From an archaeon 13_1_40CM_2_52_13 (GTDB lineage: Archaea > Thermoproteota > Bathyarchaeia > 40CM-2-53-6): DNA of 42,617 nt. Within the stretch, counting starts at the first letter, position 1, and each line of letters starts with the position of its first letter. This document shows positions 9,515 to 18,874 of the stretch, piece by piece. The notes beneath the pieces were generated by a model. It saw only the letters and a program-made list of their open reading frames with translations, was not told where the DNA came from and made no database searches. The stretch covers positions 6,588-49,204 of the forward strand of contig MNHO01000002.1 of NCBI GenBank assembly GCA_001919285.1, given 5' to 3'. Made by a program: the position numbers and the translations under genes.

Positions 9515-10404
9515 CTCACTTATATCGGATTCGGTTTCCCTGCGCTATTGGCGGGGGATTCGTTCAGTGTCGGAGCGAAGAACCAGACTCTGTTTGTTGA
9601 GCGAGTTCCCCGGCAAGATCAAATATACGCTGAAGATTCAGAAAGGCAACGCTGAACCGGTTTGCGGTCGATCCCGGTTCATGAGCCGATCTTCGCGTGG
9701 ATCATCCTGTGGGGTGGTTTTCGGCTCCAACTGTTTCACTATTCTGAGGTACATCTCTGGAGAGAACGGTATAGTCGCGAGTAGCTGCGGCTATTTGTCG
9801 CGGGCGTCTCTAGGCTTGAGCCCGAAGTTGGGTTGTGCGCTAGCACCATACATCCTGCTAAAAAAAAGGTTGGATCTCGAAGCGCCCACAGCCACCGCTT
9901 GAGGTGAATCCGGATGAGTGCTCAAGAGGAGAGTCAGGAAGACCCATTCCCTGAACCTCTCAGCAGATTCTCGATGGCTGCCGGGATTAGAGAGACTCGA
10001 GGTCTCCATCGCTCGACAACAGAACTGGTCTTCAAACACTGTTTATAACGTTGACCGTTGAACGCGTCAACGTAACCTGAGCAGCCTCTGGCTATCGCCG
10101 TCAATACAGTGCCAGCCCAGGGCCATCGTGAAGCGTGACATGGTCCCGGAGCGATCGAGGTTAGTATTGGAGTTTATTTGCCTGATTCTGCCTTGTGCTG
10201 GAGTACTCCGGTCGTTCTCGGAGCGCGCCGAAATTCGTCCGAGAAGAATGGCATTTGCTTGCGGGTGAGTTGTCCCACTTGAAGAAAGCTTATCGTACAG
10301 GATTCGTAAGTTCTCATTGGCTTAGAATGCGACATGCCCGACCCCTAACCACATCGACAAGACCTTGGGTCGCCCCTCAAGCATTCTCAGAGGGAGAGCT
10401 ACTC

Positions 10405-12186
10405 ATGGAGTCTCCGAGGTCGGAAGCTCAGGTCGATCTTGCCAATCTGATCGTGATAATAGCGTTAGTGACCGTCGCCGTTTCCTTGTTTTTCCTAACC
10501 GCAGCAACGGTGCACTTAGGCGAGCTGCCTCCTGACTCCTTCTTCTTCGTCTCTCAGCTGCCCCTAGGCTACTGGCTGGGTCTACTCGCATCTGTGAGCC
10601 TGTTTTTGCTTCGCAACCGTGTGAAGGATCGGGCTAGGACTCTACTGGAAAGCTCCGCGCTTATTCTCTTCTCCGCGTACTTGTTCGCATTGCCTTCACT
10701 AGTCTATCAGGATCCCCGAGTGTTGGACAGTTATCAGCATGAGGGTGACGCATTAGTCCTCCTCAACTCGGGCGGTTGGTACAACGGGCCGGTTTGGTAT
10801 GTGTACCAGTTTCCTGGCGCTTACACATTTTTTGCACAGCTGACCGCGGTTGCGGGTATCGATCCGTTCCAATTGATCAAATACTATCCTGCCGCGCTTG
10901 CTGTGGTTCTGGCTATCCTTCTGTACGCGACGACGAGGACGCTCGGTCCGAACTATTCAGCAGTCTCTTCGGGCTTCATTCTTAGCGGTCTCTGGTTCCA
11001 GCTTCATCTCTCCCCACAGAGCCTTGAGCTGATCCCCTACGTTGGGATAATCTACATCCTCGTTAAGATGATCGATGATGAGCCGAGACGTAAATTGTGG
11101 TCTATCATCGCCCTCGTCTCGGTCCCGGTCCTGGTGATGACTCACCCAGAGACCCCGCTGGTTTTGACTTTAGGCACGGTCGCCTTCTTCTTACTCAAGC
11201 CATTGGTCTCTGCGGAGAGAATCAAGACCATGCGGTCAAACCTCTTGGTGATCGGACCCTTCTTCCTGGCACTCTCAATCATGGTGCTCGTCTGGTGGAC
11301 GGCCATCGCATCAGGGGCGCTTGCGCAGGTCGAGTCAATCGTCAAGGGTGCACTGGCGATCGGATTGGGCGGGATTTCTCATGGTGCGCCTAACGTGCCT
11401 ACTACGCCGGCGCCCAGCTACCAGACGGTCATTCTGATCCAGGAGACGGTCGCTGTCTCCGTATGGCTTCTCGGTCTGTCATTACTGCTCTTCGTCCGAA
11501 GATTCCGGACGAGGGAATATTTCCTTGCAGGATTGTTTCTAGCGGCCATCTCCACGATACCTGTTGCATTGTTCGCTAATGCCGATGTGTTGCAGAGAAG
11601 CTATCTCTTCTCCCTCTTTCCCACAGGTCTACTTCTTGCATCACTTCTAGAACGGGGAAATGTTCTCAGACTAGGCGCACTGCCTCTCGCCCGGCTGGTG
11701 GGAGCGGGGCTGATTCTGATGATGATCGCTTTCTCAATGCTGATGCCGATAGCTCGTTACGGAGGGGATTCTTTCGACTATCTTCCACAATCCTCTCTGT
11801 TTGTTTCAGACGTGGCATCCGGTCTCACGTCGAATTCCGTAATGTTTCCCCATCCCGGGGAATATGGCTGGAGGTTCTATGCCCCGTCCCACGGTAACCT
11901 AGGCGCGGTCCTTCTAGAGCAGAAGAATATCGCCGGTCGTCCAGGCGGGTACGTCAAGTTCGACACGTACGCCGAGTTCAACCTGACCTTTACCCAGGCT
12001 GATAACACGTCAGATTACATTCTAGTATCGAACTATTATCAGAATCTGTACTTGTTGAGATTTGGTTCTGGGTCCACTTACCTTCTAAACCTGAAAATGG
12101 CCTTCGAAGCCCAGGCAGCGATGAACTTCAACCTCGTCTATTCGACGGGGACCGATCGTCTCTACGAGAACAGGAATCTAAGCTGA
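10405..12186 (+). CDS. Polytopic membrane protein of glycan locus (GT-C/Wzy-like or DUF2206-like)
   Basis: About 12 hydrophobic segments, a loop with DSYQH and YQFPG, a later THP motif, and a soluble C-terminal domain ending LVYSTG..LYE. ATG10405 is preferred over the ORF-track start 10195. The family assignment is tentative. Confidence 0.6.
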   Translation: MESPRSEAQVDLANLIVIIALVTVAVSLFFLTAATVHLGELPPDSFFFVSQLPLGYWLGLLASVSLFLLRNRVKDRARTLLESSALILFSAYLFALPSLVYQDPRVLDSYQHEGDALVLLNSGGWYNGPVWYVYQFPGAYTFFAQLTAVAGIDPFQLIKYYPAALAVVLAILLYATTRTLGPNYSAVSSGFILSGLWFQLHLSPQSLELIPYVGIIYILVKMIDDEPRRKLWSIIALVSVPVLVMTHPETPLVLTLGTVAFFLLKPLVSAERIKTMRSNLLVIGPFFLALSIMVLVWWTAIASGALAQVESIVKGALAIGLGGISHGAPNVPTTPAPSYQTVILIQETVAVSVWLLGLSLLLFVRRFRTREYFLAGLFLAAISTIPVALFANADVLQRSYLFSLFPTGLLLASLLERGNVLRLGALPLARLVGAGLILMMIAFSMLMPIARYGGDSFDYLPQSSLFVSDVASGLTSNSVMFPHPGEYGWRFYAPSHGNLGAVLLEQKNIAGRPGGYVKFDTYAEFNLTFTQADNTSDYILVSNYYQNLYLLRFGSGSTYLLNLKMAFEAQAAMNFNLVYSTGTDRLYENRNLS

Positions 12187-12208
12187 TAGCCCAAAGTTAG
12201 AAACATTG

Positions 12209-12823
12209 CTACGACGCGCTGAACCACACCTGCAACCAATTTCCAACTTGAGAGGTCTGCCCAGGGTATCCGTACTGGAACGAGCCTGAGGCAGGGTCGA
12301 AGGTCCAGAGTTCAAAGATTAGTCTGAAGTTCGCGCCTGACATAGTTCCAACTGGCGTCGAGCTGACGGCCGGTTGAGCGTTGAATGTGATATTGAGATA
12401 GGTTAGTTGCCCAGTCTGGTAGCTCGACTCGATTGTCCAAGTAAAGTTGATTCTTGATGTTTCACCGTCGTTGATGAACCGGTCTGTTCTCCCAAGTTCC
12501 GGAAGTGTGGTTGAGGGGGTAGTTGCGTTCGGGGTTGGGGTGGAAGAGTTGCCGATTCGCGCGATTATCATTACGAATTCCGCCTTGTTCATTCTGTTTG
12601 TGACTGCGAAGGTCCAGTTCTGGGTCTGACCGGTGGGGACGGTGAGGTTGCTGTTGGTAATGTATCCTTGAAGTCCTCTCTGCGAGTATAGCCCGAATCC
12701 GATGAAGGATTGGCTGGGCTTGGCGCTCATTGCGTAGAAAGTCACGGAGCTAAAAATGGCCGTGAGGGAAACGAAGAGGACTAGGAAGAGGGCGAGTCTA
12801 TGTTGCGTGTTCTCTACCTCCAT
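12209..12823 (-). CDS. Membrane-anchored protein resembling the extracellular C-terminal half of DUF1616
   Basis: N-terminal TM, then SFIGFGLY, a beta-rich domain with VTNRM, RLIFELW and C-terminal WLQVWF. Confidence 0.65.
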   Translation of the reverse strand: MEVENTQHRLALFLVLFVSLTAIFSSVTFYAMSAKPSQSFIGFGLYSQRGLQGYITNSNLTVPTGQTQNWTFAVTNRMNKAEFVMIIARIGNSSTPTPNATTPSTTLPELGRTDRFINDGETSRINFTWTIESSYQTGQLTYLNITFNAQPAVSSTPVGTMSGANFRLIFELWTFDPASGSFQYGYPGQTSQVGNWLQVWFSAS

Positions 12824-13319
12824 AGTCAATTCTTGCCTTCAACAGCCTTCTCCGTCTCAAAAGCTGTCGGATTCGATTAACTTCTAGAATAGCGAGTGCT
12901 GAGAGAAGAGCCAATACGATTGCGAGAGTGTAGGATAGTGCCGTACGATACACCGTGGCAGTTTGAGCGATGCTGGCTAGACCCTGAGCTTGGGAGGAGA
13001 CCTGTGTGGAGATGTTGATTGATTGAACAGCATACTGCACCGAAAGGGTCACATTCCCCTGTCGCAAGGACAGGTCCGCAGCTTCTTCATACTGAAGAGC
13101 AGTGTTGAGTTGGGCTGTTAGAGGTAGAAGGTCTGCATTAGATGCGCCTAGCTGTTCGGCTGTCTGGATAGCCTGGAAAGCTTGCACTAAATCTTGCCTT
13201 GCGGTGATGAGCTCGCTTGATTGTGCCCGGACGAGATGTGGCGAGGTTATGAGAAATATTGAAGAGAGAAACAGGCAAACTAGTAGTGTGAGGGATCTCG
13301 GGCGCAAGGTTCTCATCAC
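12798..13319 (-). CDS. Hypothetical membrane protein (signal peptide, helical bundle, C-terminal TM plus basic tail)
   Basis: Signal-like N-terminus ending VRA-Q, an amphipathic Ala/Gln/Leu-rich helical region (AFQAIQTAEQLGA), a TM and RRRR. Overlaps the start of the downstream gene. Confidence 0.7.
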   Translation of the reverse strand: MMRTLRPRSLTLLVCLFLSSIFLITSPHLVRAQSSELITARQDLVQAFQAIQTAEQLGASNADLLPLTAQLNTALQYEEAADLSLRQGNVTLSVQYAVQSINISTQVSSQAQGLASIAQTATVYRTALSYTLAIVLALLSALAILEVNRIRQLLRRRRLLKARIDYGGREHAT

Positions 13320-13327
13320 GGCTCAAG

Positions 13328-13948
13328 TTGTTTGAGGAGCCTGAGAACTTGACGAATATAAGGAGGGAGCTCGTCATCGAGTTTCTTCAAAAGTATCATC
13401 CTTCCTCTGTGACAGAACTGAGGAGTAGGCTCGCGGTGGAAGGGATCCGCTCGAACGATGAGGATCTCCTCAGTATTATTGAGGAGCTTCAACGTGACGG
13501 AGAAATTCGGCTTCTGACTCCCGTCTCTCTCGACTCCTTCCCGCGCTTCCTGGCCGATATCAGCTATTCATGGTGGATCCATGTGACTGTGCTGGTCTCA
13601 TTTGCAGAGATACTCCTGGTTCTATACAATGTGCAAAGTCCATTCTTTGGAAGCTTGAGGCTTCTCTTCGGTCTTGGACTGCTCGGATTCTTGCCTGGTT
13701 ACGCCACCGTTCAGATACTGTTTCCCAAAGACCAGCTCGATCTTTTGGAGCAGATCTTGTTGAGCATATTTCTCAGCATTATAGTTTCGATCGCCCTCGG
13801 GGTGGTTCTTGGTGCTGGTTACTTTTTCAATCCCTCCTCCGGCGTGCTCCTGTCCAGCACTTATGCGATTGCCGCGAGCGTTCTCGCTGGTTATCGTCGA
13901 TATTCTATGTTCCGAGCTTCGCGGAAGCGAAAGTTTCGATCTGTTTGA
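13328..13948 (+). CDS. DUF1616 N-terminal membrane domain protein with a soluble HTH-like N-terminus
   Basis: LRLLFGL...FLPGYATVQILFPKDQLDLLEQILLSIFLSI is the DUF1616-type signature; 4-5 TMs. The start is uncertain (TTG13328 or TTG13349). Confidence 0.75.
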   Translation: MFEEPENLTNIRRELVIEFLQKYHPSSVTELRSRLAVEGIRSNDEDLLSIIEELQRDGEIRLLTPVSLDSFPRFLADISYSWWIHVTVLVSFAEILLVLYNVQSPFFGSLRLLFGLGLLGFLPGYATVQILFPKDQLDLLEQILLSIFLSIIVSIALGVVLGAGYFFNPSSGVLLSSTYAIAASVLAGYRRYSMFRASRKRKFRSV

Positions 13949-13974
13949 CGGGCTCCCGCATGATTGAGTTCGGT

Positions 13975-14913
13975 TCAATTCGAGATGCGTTTCGCTGTAA
14001 GGTAGCCGAAGCTGTGGCCTATCATGGTAACAGTGAACCCGTGCCTCGAAAGAATTCTCGGTATGTCGAGAGGACCGCTATGGAATTCTAATACGATCTC
14101 GCTGATTGACTCTAGCGCTTTAGCTGGTAACGTTCGGATGATTCCATACTCGCATCCCTCGCAGTTCATCTTGAGAAAGTCGATGTTCTGAACGTTGAAC
14201 CGTTTCATTATTTCTTCGACGGTTACGGTCTCGATCTCCAACGTGTCATCAGCGGTGCTGTAGGGTTCTGCAATCTGCGTGATGTTTGGAGTCTCCGCGT
14301 TGACTCCGAGTTTGGACTCTCCAGTTCTGGTCGACAGGGCTACGTTGAGCAGTATTACTCTGTCTTCGAGGTTGTTTAGCTTGACGTTTTCTCTAGCCAA
14401 CTCCAAGCTTCTGGGGTCAGGCTCGAGTCCGATGACTAGTCTAGCGCCTCGTCTTGCGAAGTAGATGGCGGAGTCGCCATTGTACGCTCCAACGTCTACG
14501 ACGACTTTCTGGTTGAAATCGGAGCCGTAGACTTGTCGAACAAAGATCTCCGATACTAGAGAAATATCAGTACCTTGGTTGAGTCTACACTTAAGCACTG
14601 TCCCCGGCTGGGGGGATAGGAGGAGATAGTCGTTGTCGACGTGTCTTATCTTCCATCCTCGGTTGAGGAGTTTCGCTAGTCCTATTAGGTTGTAGATGGA
14701 CGGGTCGTACCAGCGGTGGTAGTGGTGGAGCGCTTGCGAGAGGCTTGAAGGCTTTCTGGCGAGTGGGATAGTGTTGCCGGTTTTCAGAACCACTTTGCTC
14801 AAAGGTTTTCGTGTGATGTAGTCTGTGGCTATCTCGATCCAGTTCTTGTAGGTCCGCTGGAGAAGCAGAAAGGCGTTGAGCTGGTCTCTTAGAGTCCTGG
14901 CGTTGAGGGACAT
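13975..14913 (-). CDS. FkbM family SAM-dependent methyltransferase
   Basis: VVVDVGAYNGDS, GLEPDP, IDFLKMNCEGCEY, IVLEFH. Confidence 0.92.
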   Translation of the reverse strand: MSLNARTLRDQLNAFLLLQRTYKNWIEIATDYITRKPLSKVVLKTGNTIPLARKPSSLSQALHHYHRWYDPSIYNLIGLAKLLNRGWKIRHVDNDYLLLSPQPGTVLKCRLNQGTDISLVSEIFVRQVYGSDFNQKVVVDVGAYNGDSAIYFARRGARLVIGLEPDPRSLELARENVKLNNLEDRVILLNVALSTRTGESKLGVNAETPNITQIAEPYSTADDTLEIETVTVEEIMKRFNVQNIDFLKMNCEGCEYGIIRTLPAKALESISEIVLEFHSGPLDIPRILSRHGFTVTMIGHSFGYLTAKRISN

Positions 14914-14935
14914 TTCGCTCGCTGATTTCCGATGG

Positions 14936-16108
14936 TTATTGTGGGATCATCGGAGCGTCGAGCGCCTGCTGGCCTCGCCTGTTCGCGTCTATCTTCGTCC
15001 ACACTAGCTGCTTGTTTCCTCTGGATTCTTGGATGATCGCTGCCAGCATGGTGATATTGTTCGAGAGATATGTGCTGGCGGCCGTTCTCAGGCTTGGCAC
15101 GGCGGCGACTATTACTGTTCCAATCGCAACTAGAGCCGCGACCAATAGGTTGGTGATCATCACCCATCCCGTTAGGATGATGAATATTGGGAAGATGATT
15201 GGATTTATTGCGTAGATGAAGAACTCCATGGGAAAGATCAGTCTCGAAAAAACGTTCTTTCCAGACAATAGTCTCTTGTGTTTGAGGAAGGCCTGGAGCA
15301 CGTGCTGTCCTCGCCGGATCTTCTGTGTAAACCTGATTCCCCAGGCCGGCGGGGCGGGATCGAAGAACACGACATCTTCGGCGCTTATTGCTCTGAAGCC
15401 TTTCTCTATCATGCAGAGCGCGGCACAGGTGTCGTCGCCTCCAACGTTCGGATCGAACCCTGTTTGGTCTTGGCGACGGAAGACCTGAATTTCACCCTCA
15501 CCCACCGGCGTGCTGTGGAGTTTTGACTCTGTGATTCTCAGCATTCGGTAGATGGAACGGTATGATCCTTCGACGTTTCCGGCCATTGTCTCGTTTGAGC
15601 TTGGAATGTGATGGACTCCCGAGACTGACCCTACAGTAGGGTCTGATAGGTATCTTGCAGCGTTTCCAAGCGCTTGTCTGTCCCATTTGCACTCGGCGTC
15701 ACTGATGCAGACCAGTTCGCCCAGGGCATGTTTCAACCCAATGTTAAGGGCGCCTGATTTTCCGGATCTCTCCTTCTCTTCAACGACCTGCCCTCTGAGA
15801 CGATTCTGAGCGAAGAAATCCCTGGCCAGGTCTGCGGTATTGTCGGTCGAACCGCTATCAACAACGATAACATCGATTCTATCAGACGGGTAGTCCGAGA
15901 GCGAGATGTTTGACAGTTTCTCCTTGATGACCGTCGCTTCATTGTATGTGGGAATGATGATGCTGATAGTGGGCTGTCTCTCCGATCCGATCGCGAGATT
16001 GTAGCCGCGTCTCGAACCGATCCTCTTCATGACGCCGAAATAAGCAAGCGGCACGCCCAGGTGAATTGTACCGGCAGCGATCCAGAAGATCAGGAGAAGG
16101 CTGGTCAA
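14936..16108 (-). CDS. Membrane-bound GT2 glycosyltransferase (cellulose synthase/IcaA-like architecture)
   Basis: N-terminal TM, IIIPTYNE, VVDSGSTD, GKSGALN, SDAE, GGDD, QKIRR, C-terminal TMs. Confidence 0.9.
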   Translation of the reverse strand: MTSLLLIFWIAAGTIHLGVPLAYFGVMKRIGSRRGYNLAIGSERQPTISIIIPTYNEATVIKEKLSNISLSDYPSDRIDVIVVDSGSTDNTADLARDFFAQNRLRGQVVEEKERSGKSGALNIGLKHALGELVCISDAECKWDRQALGNAARYLSDPTVGSVSGVHHIPSSNETMAGNVEGSYRSIYRMLRITESKLHSTPVGEGEIQVFRRQDQTGFDPNVGGDDTCAALCMIEKGFRAISAEDVVFFDPAPPAWGIRFTQKIRRGQHVLQAFLKHKRLLSGKNVFSRLIFPMEFFIYAINPIIFPIFIILTGWVMITNLLVAALVAIGTVIVAAVPSLRTAASTYLSNNITMLAAIIQESRGNKQLVWTKIDANRRGQQALDAPMIPQ

Positions 16109-17640
16109 GATAGAATCTCGCTCGTAAAGCCATCAGCTCCATAGCCGGTAACCAATTCCGCTTGTAAGTTCGCTGTTCCATCGGGAGAAATAATCGCTAG
16201 ATGTCCATCTGTTAATTCCCAGCGGGCTCTTCCTCGAAGCTTCCACCAGTCAGCCATTTCACCAAGAGTCATGATGCTGCACTGAGGATCAGAGGCAAAG
16301 TTCTCGAGAAGCCTCTCATATTCGTGAACATTCTCTTCCCGTGCAAGCTCGTAGTCTGGATGCACGAGCAGGATGCAGGGGCCTCCGAGACCCCGTATCC
16401 ACTTGGAGAAGCGCATCCACATGTCAACTGCGACCGACGGTTCGAGTCCGGCGACCCTGATTAGCTGATGATCTTGCGGAAGCGAGACAGGAATCTCCAA
16501 CGTGTCAGATATTTCGAACGGGAAGACTGTGCCGACCCCATGAGGGCGGAGGGAGGTTGGGGACAGAATTTCCCACGAAGGGCAGGAGGAATCGTACGAG
16601 TAGCCTGCCTTCGCCGCGGCTGAAACCAGGTCCGCGTTGTGTTGTAGAAGCGGGGATCGGAATCCGCGAACCTCCTCGCCTGTCAACTTTTCCAATACCT
16701 TTTTGCAGTCTTGAAGCCGTCGGACCTTCTCTTCAGAATCGAGGAATATGAGTCTCCCGTCATGTGCAGTATCGTGGGCACCAACTTCACCGTTCTCGGT
16801 CAGAAGGCGAAGCGATCCCGGTGGCAGCGGATATCGGGCGCTTGGAACATTCCAAGTCGACCGGATTCTCAGATTTCTTTCTACGGACAGGAGTCTGGGA
16901 GCTCCCTTGTCAAGACCGGCCTCTGTCTCGACGTCATGAGTCACAGCGAGAGCGTAGGATTTTCCGCGCCTCCAGAAGGCAATTCGAGCAATGGGGCCTG
17001 AGGATAGGATTAAGCTGGCCAAGAATATTGTCCTAAGGCATTCAACAGGTCCCATCTTTTCCTCGGTGATCTGACCCGCTCCCTCGGAGGATCGGAATGA
17101 TCGGTCTCGAAGGAATCGCGGTATTGACTGGTACGAGAAGGGCAGTTTGGTCGCCAGCCAGAACTTCCTGCTGGGTCTGTCTTCGAATCCACCGTAGACT
17201 CTTCTAACGTATTCGCCTACAAGGTCTACGCTAAGTAGATAGGTTTCCGTTCCATGGATTTTCGAAAGGATCGAAAAGTCTCCGGATCGCAGAATCGGAT
17301 CTAGATTGGGTCCGGAAAATTCGTAAACGTCCGTTCTAAGCCAAACCTCAACGTCCCGCGCTACCGAGAGAGTGATCGCTGCCTCCTTTGGGGTCAGTGT
17401 GAGTCCGTGGTCGCGGGCAACCGTCTCGGCGCCGTCTCTACCAGTAGGCGAGACGATAACCGCAGCATCTCTCGCCGGCGCCGTCTGGTTGACAGTTGTG
17501 AAGATGGTATGTTGCTCGCCTGGCGGTGCTCTGGTCCGCCAGGGTATTTTCCAGAACTCGGCATACCCGCTCAAAATCTTCGAGTCGGACGGAGTAGCGG
17601 CTTGCAGGACGATCGGTCGATACTGCGATACAAGTGTCAA
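16105..17640 (-). CDS. Polysaccharide deacetylase family protein (NodB/CE4-like) with an N-terminal extension
   Basis: VTHDVE, GAHDTAH, RGFRSP, YSYDSS, EIPV, LVHPD; no signal peptide visible. Confidence 0.85.
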   Translation of the reverse strand: MTLVSQYRPIVLQAATPSDSKILSGYAEFWKIPWRTRAPPGEQHTIFTTVNQTAPARDAAVIVSPTGRDGAETVARDHGLTLTPKEAAITLSVARDVEVWLRTDVYEFSGPNLDPILRSGDFSILSKIHGTETYLLSVDLVGEYVRRVYGGFEDRPSRKFWLATKLPFSYQSIPRFLRDRSFRSSEGAGQITEEKMGPVECLRTIFLASLILSSGPIARIAFWRRGKSYALAVTHDVETEAGLDKGAPRLLSVERNLRIRSTWNVPSARYPLPPGSLRLLTENGEVGAHDTAHDGRLIFLDSEEKVRRLQDCKKVLEKLTGEEVRGFRSPLLQHNADLVSAAAKAGYSYDSSCPSWEILSPTSLRPHGVGTVFPFEISDTLEIPVSLPQDHQLIRVAGLEPSVAVDMWMRFSKWIRGLGGPCILLVHPDYELAREENVHEYERLLENFASDPQCSIMTLGEMADWWKLRGRARWELTDGHLAIISPDGTANLQAELVTGYGADGFTSEILS

Positions 17641-17642
17641 TT

Positions 17643-18371
17643 CTAGTGTCTCGCGCCGAGTCGGAGTAGGACTATCGGACCTACTATCTGCTGCCAGTCT
17701 TTCAATGGGGATATGTGGGAGTATGACTCTCGTTTCGTATGGGAGTAGATCTTTGACACTGGCCGCTCGGTGAATCTGTAGCCCAGCGTCAGGACTTTGT
17801 AGTGGAGATAGTATTCTAGCTCGTATCCGTTCAGCCAGTCTTGCCAGATGTTGATCTCAGGATCCTCAAGTATCGAAGCCCTGTAGGCTCTAAAGCCGTT
17901 TGTAACTTCGGTGCATCTGACCCCTGTAAGGAAGGTCCAGGCAAATGGGAAGAGACGCGTGAAGATTCTTCTCAAGAAAGGTGTCCTTTCGCCTCTTCCT
18001 CCCGGGAGGAATCTTGATCCTTGGACATAGTCGTAGCCGTTCTTGGAGATGGGCTCTGTCAGACGCGAGATTTCTCTGGGATCGTCCTTGCCGTTACCCG
18101 CCATAACGACGATCAGGTCGAATCCGTGGGAGAGCGCATATCGGTAGCCCTTCTTGATCGCGAAGCCTATACCATTCCTTGCAGGGTTCTTGATAATAGT
18201 AACGGGAACTTGGGTCCTCGCTCTGGAGTCGTCGATTTCCTTTAGGATCGTTTCGTCGGGGTAGTCTACGACTAGGCAGACTTCGTCGACCGATTCGGGC
18301 GTGAATCTTTCGATTACGGTTCCAATCTTGCCGATTTCTCGATAGACCGGAATTATCGCAAGGCGTCTCAT
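17643..18371 (-). CDS. GT2 glycosyltransferase (DPM1/polyprenol-phosphate glycosyltransferase-like)
   Basis: IIPVYRE, GIGFAIKKG, VMAGNGKDDP, YVQGSRF, TNGFRAY. Confidence 0.9.
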   Translation of the reverse strand: MRRLAIIPVYREIGKIGTVIERFTPESVDEVCLVVDYPDETILKEIDDSRARTQVPVTIIKNPARNGIGFAIKKGYRYALSHGFDLIVVMAGNGKDDPREISRLTEPISKNGYDYVQGSRFLPGGRGERTPFLRRIFTRLFPFAWTFLTGVRCTEVTNGFRAYRASILEDPEINIWQDWLNGYELEYYLHYKVLTLGYRFTERPVSKIYSHTKRESYSHISPLKDWQQIVGPIVLLRLGARH

Positions 18372-18874
18372 CGACTAGTTCTAACTCTACTACTAGACAG
18401 GTGGCCGTTCTGTTCGTCGGGTGCGGGTCTTGAACCCACGACTCTCGCGGGAATACCCACAGCGATGGCATTGTCAGGTACGTTTTTCGTGACGACTGAG
18501 CCCGCGCCTATCAGAGCGTTTTCACCGATCTGTACTCCCGGGTTTATAGTGCTCCCCGCTCCGATGGATGCGTTCTTCTTGACTCTCGTGTTGAGCCGTG
18601 TCCATTCTCCGTGAGCTCGCGGGTGCTTGTCGTTGGTGAACGTGACGTTAGGCGCTATGAAGACATTGTCTTCTATGACTACTCCGGTCGGTATGAAGAC
18701 GAAGGGTCGGATCTTACAATTGTCTCCGATGGAGACTCCTTCTTCAATGTACACGTAGGAGTCTATCTTCGTGTTCTTGCCAATCTTGCATCCGTACAGG
18801 TTTACCTGGTCGTAGACGCGTGAGTCGCGTCCTATTGTTGCTTTCTTGATTACTGAGTATTTGGGACGTTTCAT
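18368..18874 (-). CDS. Hexapeptide-repeat sugar N-acyltransferase (WbpD/FdtC-like)
   Basis: Left-handed beta-helix repeats, NVTFTNDKHP, IGAGSVVTKNVP, GIPARV. Confidence 0.9.
   Translation of the reverse strand: MKRPKYSVIKKATIGRDSRVYDQVNLYGCKIGKNTKIDSYVYIEEGVSIGDNCKIRPFVFIPTGVVIEDNVFIAPNVTFTNDKHPRAHGEWTRLNTRVKKNASIGAGSTINPGVQIGENALIGAGSVVTKNVPDNAIAVGIPARVVGSRPAPDEQNGHLSSSRVRTSR

Noticed and set aside
9791-9793. In-frame TAG as pyrrolysine readthrough
   Set aside because: No pyl genes or methylamine methyltransferase context in the window, and TAG is used as a normal stop in many genes here.
9567-9902. 111-aa plus-strand ORF as a real gene
   Set aside because: No motif and atypical composition; more likely the antisense of a remnant, or chance.
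10195-10404. 70-aa N-terminal extension of the membrane protein
   Set aside because: Low-plausibility sequence; ATG10405 follows a purine-rich stretch and directly precedes the first TM.
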